A DNA stretch of 64,000 nt from Chiloscyllium plagiosum (Eukaryota), in contig NC_057710.1 in NCBI RefSeq assembly GCF_004010195.1, forward strand, positions 74,126,257 to 74,190,256. Direction: 5' to 3'. Below are positions 24,541 through 35,791 of this stretch, one piece after another. The notes beneath the pieces are model-generated. The model saw only the letters and a list, made by a program, of their open reading frames with translations, searched no databases and was not told where the DNA came from. The first letter of the stretch is position 1, and each line of letters opens with the position of its first letter. A program made the translations under genes and the position numbers.

Positions 24541-27390
24541 CAACTTGTATGTTTTTTTCCCCATTTATGTTGGATTTTATTTCATGCCTTTCATCTTAAT
24601 CTGAGGTGACAATTAATGCCTTTAAATCAACTTGCGTGCTGACAAGACTTTCTAGTACACAAATAGAATTTATTTCGCTGTGGCTCAGCATAGTTGCTGA
24701 ATACAGGACAGGACAGGATTGTTTCATAAAGAAACCATTGGCTGATGTGCCTTAGTGCTGCTGCTGGCTGCCCACCTCCAGCGACATTCTAATCAGGAAT
24801 CACTCTTGCGTGGATCCTACCCCTGTGACATTGATAAGATCACTTAGATAATGACATAATGAAGATAATAACGTTGTGATAATTTCACATTCCTCACATG
24901 ATGGAGAAAAATCTGCACTGGAAATATCCTTTCATAACAAAGAATCAAATGTATAACTTTCCTTATTTTTGCTTTATCATTATTCAAGATAAAACTATTT
25001 ACATTTTGCTGAAAGTGGAGGAGAGATGTGGTGGTGCCTGGAGTTGCTGCATTGCTTGCTACTCTCTGCTGAATTTTGTATTGTACAAAATTACTACCTT
25101 TTTAATGGAGCTGCCATGGTCTTCGGTCGAGGCAGATCCTGCATTCAGACCCACAATATACAACAGAAAACAATTGTGGCACAAGTGGTTTTAGATTTCT
25201 GATGGCAACAATAGACTCGGATGCTCTGTTCAAAAATAAAGCCAACCAACTTGCTGAAATATTGTGTCTCGAGTTGTGGTTTTTCTGCTAATAAAAGATT
25301 TTCTTAGAACAAAACGAGAAGAGATTTTCAATGGACATTTGAGATGATGCAAATTTCCTTTGTCTGTAGCATATTGTACTTGTAGATCAGTTAATAATCT
25401 TTTCAGACAAGCCATCCTGCAGTAACTAGGCAACTGACAGAACACTTCAGCTAGACATGGTACAGCTGAGGCTGATGTTAAGTTTTCGAACATGTCAACA
25501 AATTCTTCATTGAGGTCAGTGAATTTAGAGTAATGACATAATCACCAATCTCATTCCCCATCAGTGTTTTAAAAATTGGATCAAAGAAATGAAAGTAAAA
25601 CCCTTCTTCTTCTTAATGGTCTGTGATACGGCATCTAATATTCCATGTGAGAACGAGAGTTCTCAATTAGAAGGAAGATGTGCTGCAGGGATCCTTTTTC
25701 TGCAGTTATTTAAAAATAAATCCTTGACCGTGTTAATGAATATCTCTATTTCAGGAATCTCTTTCAATACAGCCTGAAAGAGGCAAAAAAAAAGGATTCA
25801 TGTCTTTTTATAAAACATTTTGCAGTAACTGATTTATCAGTTTCTATAAGTTCATTATAAAAAGCACCCTTCCCCTTATGTCAGTCAGGGAGATCAAAGT
25901 GATTAACCCTTACATATGAATGTAGTCACATTACGTCCTTGCTCATATACATTTCTTATAGCTTGTGAATGAAAAATGTAAGGATAACACACTCAGAGCC
26001 CGAGGGAAAGATTTAAATATGAAGATTAATCTTGAGAGACAGACAAATCTCTGAACCTTAGAATTGGGTCTGTATAAACATTCATTTACAACAAGCTCAA
26101 ATAAGACAGAATGCTGCATCATGCATTTTGCCAGAATTGGTTTAAAACAATTCATAGTCGGACAGAAGGTGAAAATTTTCTTCTAATGTATGTATTGAAC
26201 AGCTAGAAACTAAGCACACTCCTGATAATCACAAACTTAGGAATCTGGCCGTGCCAATTAGGTTTAACTTCTTACAATCATATACAAGATGTTTCCAGAA
26301 AAAGAAACTAGAAAAAGTAACAAAAAGTGCCAATAGATTTAGTAGAAATGGAATTATAGAATAACATCATTGGAATTGTAGCAATACAGAAAAAAATATT
26401 GGATGTGAACCGAATTATAATTGTAGAGGTATGTGAAAAGATTTGAGGCCCACTAGTGGCTGATCCCCAAATCCTAATTCAGTTACATTATTGGCTTCCA
26501 AAGATTATCTTCAAATCTCTTCCACACCATGTTTTGGGTTTAAGTTCTTCTTGTAAGTTAAAATGCAATTATATAAATATAATATTGTTGCACTATTAAG
26601 TGATACAGAAAAACAATTAAACTGAAGAAATGCTGAAAATACCGAATGGTGAAGCTTTGCTGGACACTGGGTTATATTTCTACTGTGTATGAATTGAGCG
26701 TACACTGAGTAATTTCTGGTTGTACAAGTTACCTTCAAATATGTTCCTGGCAATAACAGAACCGCACTATTTTGGAAAGCTGCAATTTTAAAAAGGTTCA
26801 ACCACAAAACATGGCAGGAAGGAGAATGCCTTTCCCACTGAGAATGCCTGTGGGTTTACATTGGAAATAAGTTAGTCAGCTGTTTCCAAGGTCAGTGTGA
26901 TTGAGCCAGGGGTCTAACTGAGCCAATAGAAAAGAAATTCCTCTGGCGGGGAGGCTTACTGGAGATAGGATTGAGACTCTAGGTTTATTGGCGAGATATG
27001 ATTGGTTGTGCATCTCCTTTAGATCATAACACAGCCGCACATACCTCTTTAACTGTGGATTCAGCTAAATATTTTAACAATGATTTTAATTGCAAGTATT
27101 CAGATGAACTGAAGAGTTCCATTTTATAAAATTCAGCTGAAATGTAAGGATGGAAAGCAGTTTTCTCTTTGTTGGACTTTTCCTATTCTTTATTTTCATT
27201 CATATCCTATCCATTCTGCCATGATTTTAATAATATTTAGCTTTCTCATGTATCTTGAATTCTCTTTGTTCCTTTTGTTTATTATTAGTCTCTGTGTTTG
27301 GCTCATAGCTTTTCATAAATACATATACCGCCCACTCCCACCTCCCCATTAAAAAATCCCCACCTTCTACTTGCATTTTGCTGGCTTTTT

Positions 27391-27504
27391 CTGAAAATGC
27401 CAGTCTATGATCAGCCTTTCCAATCATTTTCACCTTTCATGCATCTACTTACAGGGTTCTTAGTACTCGCTTTGGCACTGCTGATCATAGACTGGCATTT
27501 TCAG
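27391..27504. repeat. 25-bp perfect inverted repeat with 64-nt spacer
   Basis: ctgaaaatgccagtctatgatcagc (27391-27415) / gctgatcatagactggcattttcag (27480-27504). Confidence 0.95.
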
Positions 27505-29404
27505 GTTTCAGGATGAATGCCCATATGAATGAAGTGAACATCCATTTCCCCTCACCCCAAGGGCATTCATGTCAGGGACAGTTTCCTCATTACCATTTAT
27601 TATTGGTCAAACATGGTCTATAGATTAATGTGGATCATCAGCACCAATTGTTCATTGTGATTCATTGCCTGAGGTCCAATCTTCAGACTTGGCAACTGGA
27701 TTCAATGTTTACAGATTTGCAATAAATTTGTTAGCCTGTCTTGTATATAATTCAGTGCTGGAGGACAAGATAAACTCATCTGCGGTATTCTATGAGTAAT
27801 TATATTTTCCCAAGTGCTCTTCATTCTATCACAAATGAAGCTTTTTGTATCAAGAGAGAAAGTAAGGAAGAAAGAAACAGGAAACAAGAGTGAAAGAGAG
27901 AAGGAGAAAAAAGAAAATAAACAAATACATTAGTTTCAACATTCAGAGAAATTAGTCCCTACAGAAAAGGAAGTGGTGCCAAACAAACAAAACAGGAAGT
28001 GAAAAGGTAGCTTTACTCACCAGTTGAATGCTAACCTGATCCTGAATCATTTGAAGGCCCAAGATTCATTACATGCCTCTGTTGAGTAGTTGGCGCCAAA
28101 TTGGAAATGATGTGTTGGTAATGGGAAGGTGGAAAATTGATTGACTCTCTCACTGAGCTGACTGGAAAGCTGGACCTAGGTTTGGGGGCATGGACGATGA
28201 TAGGGTGATCAGGGTTGTTGTTTCAAATGGATAAGTGGTGAATTGGAATAAGTATTGATCCTGACCCCATATACTTCCAGGGAAGTAAATGTCACCCAAC
28301 TAGGAATTTAAAAAATCCAACCTGAATCCTACTTGATTGATGAGCTATTTCAGAACAATTAGTCTCAAGGAAAGCAGCATATGAACTGAGTTATACATTT
28401 GCATTTTAGCAAGAGAATAATATATTGTATGGTATGTATGCTGTAGGGTAGAATTCTTTTCCAGTTATAAAATTGCATTTCATAAATATACTGTGAGTAA
28501 CATGACTGAGTATTATACAACCAAGTAATAATGCAATGCTGTATGTTCCTCTACCCTATATGTAATAATGTCTATTTCTAAAGCTTATCTTAATTCTCTA
28601 CTCACACTGGCTGTTGCATCAATAGCAGTTGAAACAATAACATTTTTGCATGACAGAACTCTGTTCTCTGTCTTTGCACCAAATTTGTCAAATCACACAG
28701 ACTCAGTAATAGCATAATTCTGTCCAAGTAGTGTGCTCTTCTCATTACTAGTAGCCCTAGGCTTTAAATGAGGAATACCTTTTAAACTTCATTTTGGTTT
28801 TACATGTTCTTTATCTTTTTATCATGTCGCAGATTGTTCTCCTCTGACATATGTAATATAGTGTAGTCAAATGCTATGTTTTTGTGAATGAGCCTGTTAT
28901 TGCTTGTGTAAAAGGTGGAGATCACCAAGGTTCCTGAGCCAGATGAATGCTAGAGAGAAAAGCTGCTGAACTATATTCCAGGTTGTAACTGTTGGCTGGA
29001 GGTAAAGCAACAGATTTGGTGCTGCAGTTTCCATATGACCAAGGTCAATGTGATAGAGGTTTTCTCACCTCCTTGTAAGGACCCTATTTAAAAAAATGCA
29101 CGACTGTTGGCATTGAGCTATAGTTCAGGGAGAGCATTGGCCATCTCAGCCAATGTAGAAACATTTGCACAGTCATTTAATGTCCTTAGCTAAATTTAAA
29201 TATGACAACCCTCGTTCCAAAGTAATTATCAACTTCTAAGTCTTTTCTAACATTGTACCATTTGTTTTACTAAATTATATTCAACATATGACAGTTTGAA
29301 GATTAAAAAAATTCTTTCAGTTGTAAATGTAATATTCAGATAGTATTATCTTGATAAAAACTGACTGCTGTTGAATGAACTGTTTTATTAATTTTACTGC
29401 CTTT

Positions 29405-29500
29405 CTCTGAGGAAGGGTGACTCAACCCGAAACATTCTTTGGATTTTTTTCCGCAGATGCTACCAGCCTGCTGAGCTTTTCCAGCAATTTCTATTTTTGC
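29405..29500 (+). mobile_element. Penelope pLTR fragment with hammerhead-like core
   Basis: CTGAGGA(29407)-A-GGGT-gactca-ACCC-GAAA-CATT..agatgctaccagcctgctgagcttttccagc; related pieces at 29586-29700 (-), 54750-54860 (+) and 55533-55630 (+). Confidence 0.65.
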
Positions 29501-30936
29501 CTCCCTCTGATATGTTTATCCATTAAGTATTTACTTTCATAAACAAAATCTGACCTTATCTTGATTTTTGTATTGCTTATGCTTAAATGCAAAATTCTGT
29601 GGATGCTGAAAGTCTGAAATTAAAACAGAAAGTACTGGAGAAACTCAGCAGGTTGGTCAACATCCAGGGAGAGAGAAACAGAGTTAATTTTGACTTTTCC
29701 TCAGGACAGTAAAACCATATTTTACATATTTGGGTTAAACTGTTCTCCTGCGTTATTCTAAAGATGCAATTCATTGAAACCAGTTAGTTCATTCAGTTTC
29801 CAAACAGGAAGAGGCTGAGTTAGCTGCATATTCAGTGACAACAATGAATGAAAAGAATGAATATGTTAAATTGAAACAGATAATGGCTTAGCTGTTGTGA
29901 ATCATAACTACTGGTTAGAAACTATATAGGGCTAATTTTAACCTTGCCTGCCAGACGTCAGTTAGAATGGGCCGTAGAACCTAGCCACATTGATCCAACA
30001 GCTTTCCTGTGGGTTCCAGACTTGGATTGTGCTTTTGAGAAGACAAGAGTTATACCTGCCTGAAGAAACATATTCCTTCTTTAATTTTGCAGATTTGATA
30101 TTTTGTTGATATCACAAAGACTTTACTGCTATTGTAACTGGAGGCTTGTGTGGGAAAGCCGTGAATAGAAAATGGATTAGACATTTGACAACGTGAGAAT
30201 AGATTATTACATGCTGCCACCTACAGTGTAAAACCTGCTTTGTCACTGAGTTAGGGGCCTTTGGTCAATGTTATTTCAAACAAATTATATTAATTCTTAG
30301 AACAACTTTTGAAAATGAACTTATAGCACCTTGGATGCCAATGTAACTTCTTTTGAATCTATACCATGCTATTAAAAAAAAAGCCCCATTCTTCAGCCAA
30401 GAAGCCACGATGGCAATCTATCTCATTCTAGCAAAGGTGTACTTCAGTACACAGCAGCAATCTGTTTGACCATTTTCTTTTTCTTTGGGCTGAATGTGTT
30501 TGGCAATGTGGAGAACTTCACTTTACAGGCTATTAATAAAGGAAGAAAAGGATACTAACATTGACAAAGTGACAGGAAAAAGAAAATCATGGTGAACAGT
30601 TTTTTTTAACTAGAGGAAGGGAGACAGTGAGATTACCCTGGGATCAGTACCTAGACCACTTCTTTTCTGACCCACATTAATAACTGAAACTTGGGTGAAA
30701 ACAGCACCATTTTGAAATTTGCAGAGCACATATTAATTGTAAATTTCGTGAACTGTGAGAAGGATATTGATAGACTTTAAGAGAACACGGACTGATGACA
30801 TGGAACACCAAAATGGGCAACCAATCATGTACTAATGCCTTGACTATAATTGAGGCCTTTTGTGAACTTGGTGAACACATCAGCGAGTACAACAACAAAC
30901 TCAGTCCTGAAACTATGGGGTCAAGAACCATAAAAT

Positions 30937-31026
30937 CATTGCAGGTCCCTGTGGAGTTCTCCTGATGACCAGGGATCCCATTGCAGTTCCCTGTGGAGTT
31001 CTCCTGATGACCAGGGATCCCATTGC
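30937..31026. repeat. 42-bp tandem duplication inside the Gypsy integrase remnant
   Basis: cattgcag[g/t]tccctgtggagttctcctgatgaccagggatcc twice (30937-30978, 30979-31020), 1 mismatch. Confidence 0.95.
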
Positions 31027-31253
31027 TGGAGTGAGATCGCTGCCCTGCCTTGGTCAAAGTTGGCACTTCACAATTTTGACAGTTGAGACAGTAATCTTGG
31101 TCTCTGGTCAGGCAGTCTTCTTTTCTTTGGCTTGATAGCCCACTCGATTATGAACCGTTACCAACACGTAGTTCCTGATATCATCAGGAAGGATGAGTTG
31201 CTTCACCTTTCTCTCCATATCATGCATCAGTTAAAAGGAGATTTAATCTTAGT

Positions 31254-31570
31254 GGCCAGCACGGTGGCACAGTGGTTAGCACTGCTGCCTCACAGCGCCA
31301 GAGACCCGGGTTCAATTCCCGCCTCAGGCGACTGACTGTGTGGAGTTTGCACATTCTCCCTGTGTCTGCGTAGGTTTCCTCCGGGTGCTCTGGTTTCCTC
31401 CCACTGTCCAAAGATGTGCAGGTCAGGTGAATTGGCCATGCTAAATTGCCTGTAGTGTTAGGTAAAAGGGGTAAATGTAGGGGAATGGGTGGGTTGCGCT
31501 TCGGCGGGTCGGTGTGGACTTGTTGGGCCGAAAGGCCTGTTTCCACACTGTAAGTAATCTAATCTAATCT
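31254..31570 (+). mobile_element. HE1-type V-SINE (tRNA head, V domain, CR1-like tail)
   Basis: ggtggcacagtggttagc (A box), gggttcaattccc (B box), tgtgtggagtttgcacattctccc..ggtttcctccc (V domain), ttgggccgaaaggcctgtttcc plus (TAATC)n tail. Confidence 0.9.
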
Positions 31571-32299
31571 TCTTCCCTGATCTACTTTCAATATCTCACC
31601 AGCTTCCATACCTGTTTGGATTCCCTCTTCAGTCCACATTGGTTGGTAGGTCTACTGATGTCCACATCAATCAATTGAACCTGTCAAAAGCCATTTTTTA
31701 AAGCTATATAGCAAAGGTGAAATCACACTTGGTTCCACCTACCTGGTGGAATATGAATGTCATAGGGAAATGGGGTCAGAATGTTTCTGTTGACTTGGTG
31801 CATGAGTGTGCTATCACCATAATAGCCCCCTGTAGCCAGAGAAGGGGGTTCTCTCCCATAATCAGTCTTCCAACTAGGAGCATCAGTAGTTGCAAAACAT
31901 TGATGTGAATCGGACCTGGAATTGCTGATTGGGTGTGTGTTATTCCCAGCTTGATGGCCATTTGAAAGTAGCAGAGTGGGTTGTTGTCTGTGAATACTTC
32001 AGTCTCTGCACTGATCATAATGTGTTTGGATTTCTGGCATTTAGGCCACATTGAAGCTAGCAGTTTGTGTTTCATCCTGGAATAATTCTCTATATTTCTT
32101 CTCATATGACTTGAGACATCAGCCGGCAGAAACAAGAACCATTCCTATCTGCCTTTGAATCTGTGGCTCTAATCCGAGGCCAAGGAAGATGTCATCAGTT
32201 TCCAGTATGAAATGAAGTAGGATAAGTGGCTAGCCAAAGACAGGTGATAGGAAAACCTTCTGCTTGAGGGTGCAAAGCATGGAAGCTAGGAGTAGAACT

Positions 32300-33160
32300 A
32301 GGCCTTTTGAGTCTTGTCCTCCTTCCAACGTGATCATGATTCACCACAATCTCAATGCCGTACTCCTGCTTTCTCCCTATACTACTTAATACATTTAACC
32401 TCAAGAAATCTATTTTTTTCTTACATATATTCATTGACTTGCCCTCCAAAGCCTTCTGTGGTGGAGAATTCCATAAATTCACTGCTCCTCTGACTGAAGA
32501 AATGTTCCTCAAATCAGTCTGAAATAGTGCACTGCATATCCTCTTCTTGTTAAACTCTATTCCTTTATTTAAGTTGTTGCTATATATTACAAATAACTCG
32601 GGTGCAAGCGCTGATCTCCACTATATACCCCACTTCCCACTTCTCATTGCCTTCCATCCAAAATTGATCATTTTATTCTTACTGTCTGTTTTCTGCCTGC
32701 TAACCAATTCTCAATCCATGCCAGTATATCACCACCAATCCTACTTATTTTGATTTTGTGCACTAACTTCTTATGTGGATTTTCATCAAAAGCTTTCCAA
32801 AAATTCAATACACCTCACCTACTGGTTCTCCCTCATCTAGTCTACTAGTTACATCCAGTAGGCTTGCTCATATTAACCTCATTTTCATAAATCTATACTA
32901 TTTCTGTAATATCATTGGTACCTTTAAATATCATGTTATCACTTTCTTTATAATAGACTCTGGCATTTTCCCTACTACGGCTGTTAGGCTAGTTGGTCTG
33001 TAATTCCTAGTTTTCTCTTCCACTCCTTTTTTAATCAGTAGTGTTAAATACTCACACACCAATTTGTCAGAACTGTTCTGAAATCCAAAGGATTTTGGAA
33101 AATGACAACTAACGTAGCCAATATTTCTGTGGCTGCTTCTTTAGTACACTGAATTGTAGA
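32300..33160 (-). mobile_element. Decayed CR1 (3' end plus RT pieces)
   Basis: AVNLWNS.PQKALE in ORF 32195..32512; NYRPTSLT.VVGK-like segment near 33000. Confidence 0.6.
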
Positions 33161-33164
33161 TTTA

Positions 33165-33520
33165 AGGGAGGGGCAATGGCCTGGTGGTATTATTGCTCCA
33201 CTATTAATCTGGAAATTTAGGTAATGTTCTCTGACTGTGTTTCAAATCCCATCATGGCAGGTGGTAGAATTGCAATTCAATATGTACTTGGAATTAAGAA
33301 TCTGCTGATTACCATGAAACCACTGTTGATCATCAGGGAAACGAAAAATCTGGTTCACTGATGTCCTTTAGGGAAATAAATCTGCTATCCTCATCTGGTC
33401 TGGCCTACATATGACTCCAGATCCACAGCAATGTGGTTGACTGTTGACTACCTTCTGAAATGGCCTAGCAAGCCATTCAGTTGTATCAATCGCTATAAAG
33501 TCTCATATGGACTGCAGCTG
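33165..33520 (+). mobile_element. DeuSINE-like element
   Basis: tRNA-like head (tggcctggtgg..ttcaaatccc) followed by ggttcactgatgtcctttaggga..tggtctggcctacatatgactccag..aatgtggttgact..gaaatggcctagcaagcc. Confidence 0.65.
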
Positions 33521-33667
33521 TTCACGATAGAATAATGAGTGCAAGTCTCAATTATACACATGCAAGCATTCTCATTCTAAATATTACTGCCAGTAATTTC
33601 CTCTGGCATTCTTCTGCTCCATCACAATAACTTGTGCTTACATGTGACATTCATGACTACAGAGTGG

Positions 33668-33868
33668 AGAAAGTGAGGACTGCAGATGCTGGAGATCAGA
33701 GCTGAAAATGTATTGCTGGAAAAGCGCAGCAGGTCAGGCAGCATCCAAGGAGCATAAGAATCGACGTTTCGGGCGTAAGCCCTTCTTCAGGAATGTTTCC
33801 TGAAGAAGGGCTCATGCCCGAAACGTCGATACTCCTGCTCCTTGGATGCTGCCTGACCTGCTGTGCCT
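33668..33868. mobile_element. Palindromic Penelope-derived insertion with two intact divergent hammerhead cores and 18-bp TSD
   Basis: Minus core 33763-33790 and plus core 33800-33827, both CTGAAGA-A-GGGC-4 nt-GCCC-GAAA-CGTC; ttcatgactacagagtgg at 33650-33667 and 33869-33886. Confidence 0.9.
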
Positions 33869-34714
33869 TTCATGACTACAGAGTGGGCAAAGTCAAGAAA
33901 ATTCCCAATGTATGTAAAATTATATTCAGATAATTTGGAATTGTTGGAAGCGAAAACAAATTGATGAATGATCTTGTGCATATTCAGTGGAAATATTCTC
34001 ACAGTTTATTCCATAAAAGTGATGAAAGTTCCACAGGAACTGTGTTTAATCATTCTCTGTGATACACACTTACTTGAAAAGGGGAGAGGAAGCTGGAAGG
34101 ACATTACTCTTGAGGTTGCTATTGATCTGACTGCCAGGAATGATTTGGAAATATCCCAAGATTCTCTAGTGTTCCTCCTCCCTCTTGCTCTCTCTCTTTG
34201 AGCATGTGCTGGCCTCAGCTCACAGCTTCCCAGGATAATAGGACAAAGTTCAGGAGCAGTTCGAACAAAATTTATTGTTACGTATTTACTTGAAACATGT
34301 TCCTGTTGCAAGTGTCTAACCCTTCCCTCCAGCCCCCCCCCCTCACTGCCAACTTCATCATAAAAGTGAACTTTCAAACAGCCTCATACTTACTGCAAAC
34401 CAAAATGTATAGACAAGGCAATCAACACAAGCAGTAATTTTTTTTTAATGATGATGATTTTCCAACAAGTCCCAGGAACAGAACGAAACATTAATATTAT
34501 TAAATAATATTAATCTCAACAACTTATGTATTATCTTTTCAGTTATCAAGATTAATAATCACTATGTTTATCTTCTAAGGAATCTATTCTTGTTCATATA
34601 ATCTGATATTATCATCACTAACAACAGGAATTCTTTGAGAAAGTGCACATCACTGGGATAGAATGACAACTTAAAATCTATGTTCCATTGAAGGATCTCA
34701 ATTCAAGCAATAAT

Positions 34715-35270
34715 AACAAGAATAATTTGCGTTTATGCAGCACCTTTAAATTGCAAAATATTTCAAGATGCTTCTCAAGAGCCACCAACAAATGAAATTT
34801 GACACCAAGCCATTTAAAGAGATGCTAGGATAGGTAGGTGATCAAATATTTGATCAAAGAGTTACTTTTTAACATGTAAAAAGGAGAGAGAGGAAGAAGA
34901 GATGGAAAGGTTTTGTGAAGAAATCTAAAGGAGGCAAAGGAATGAAAAAGGGATTCGGCACCAGATGAGTTGAGAAATGGAAAGAAACAGAGCACTGTGG
35001 TGGGGGTGGACGTTAGTGATGGACAGGTTCAGTGGTTGGAAGCTTGGTTTGGTAGGAAGAGGAAAGATTCCTGGGCAGTTGTGACTGGGACATGAGACAA
35101 TGGTTTTAGTCTTCCTGATATTTATTTGGAGAAAATTTCTGCTTATCCATTACTGGATGTTGCGCAGCAGTCTGACAAATCAGTGATAATAGAGGCCTCC
35201 AGAGAGGGAATGTTGTATTAGAGCAGGATGTGGCCAGCATACATGTGGAACCTGATGATGTTGCCAAATT
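34715..35270 (-). mobile_element. Old LINE (L2-like) remnant
   Basis: ttgcgtttatgcagcaccttt..gacaccaagcc..; same family as 7550-7960. Confidence 0.35.
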
Positions 35271-35274
35271 GCTT

Positions 35275-35400
35275 CATTCCTGATGAAGGGCTTTTGTCCG
35301 AAACATAGATTTTCCTGCTCTCGGATGCTGCCTGACTTGCTGTTCTTTTCCAGCACCACTCTAATCTTGACTCTAATCTCCAACATCTGCAGCACCCGCT
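35275..35400 (+). mobile_element. Penelope pLTR monomer with hammerhead core
   Basis: CTGATGA(35280)-A-GGGC-TTTT-GTCC-GAAA-CATA; tgatgttgcca repeated at 35256-35266 and 35406-35416. Confidence 0.75.
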
Positions 35401-35638
35401 TGCGCTGATGTTGCCAGATATTCCATGTAGATAAGAAATAGAAGGGGGTTATGGATAGACAGTACCTACCAAATGAATTTGTTGAATGTCAAGAGTGGAA
35501 TTGGTGAAACAGTTTACTGGCTTCAGTAATGAGAACCTTACTGGCTTGAATTATCCTGATTGGGTGGATGGCCCAATACTGGAAGGAAATTCATTTTGTG
35601 GGCATGCATCCCAAAGAGCTGTCACCTAGCTGTCTCAA

Positions 35639-35791
35639 GAAGGTAAATACAATGACTGCAGATGCTGGAAACCAGATTCTGGATTAGTGGTGCTGGAAGA
35701 GCACAGCAGTTCAGGCAGCATCCAAGGAGCTTCGAAAAGCTCCTTGGATGCTGCCTGAACTGCTGTGCTCTTCCAGCACCACTAATCCAGA
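35639..35791. mobile_element. Palindromic Penelope-derived insertion: 56-bp perfect hairpin, 15-bp TSD
   Basis: 35677-35732 is the exact reverse complement of 35737-35792 (loop CGAA); acctagctgtctcaa at 35624-35638 and 35792-35806. Confidence 0.92.

Larger units (their letters stand above)
30790..32260 (-). mobile_element. Decayed Gypsy LTR-retrotransposon pol (RNase H and integrase)
   Basis: RRNIENYSRMKHKLLA..EVFTDNNPLCY..KLG (RNase H); QLILP..VL..H..G.Q and CLNCQNC (integrase zinc finger); DFMVLD, VLADVFTKF, QKASIIVKALVHDW..FGVP (integrase core). Confidence 0.8.

Noticed and set aside
30937-31026. CTGATGA within a tandem repeat as a hammerhead or CRISPR-like array
   Set aside because: No stem II plus GAAA follows; only two adjacent units without spacers; lies inside an integrase remnant
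31254-31330. tRNA gene
   Set aside because: It is the tRNA-derived head of a V-SINE and continues into the V domain and CR1-like tail
34491-34513. ttaatattat-taa-ataatattaa palindrome
   Set aside because: 10-bp AT-only arms are expected by chance in AT-rich DNA
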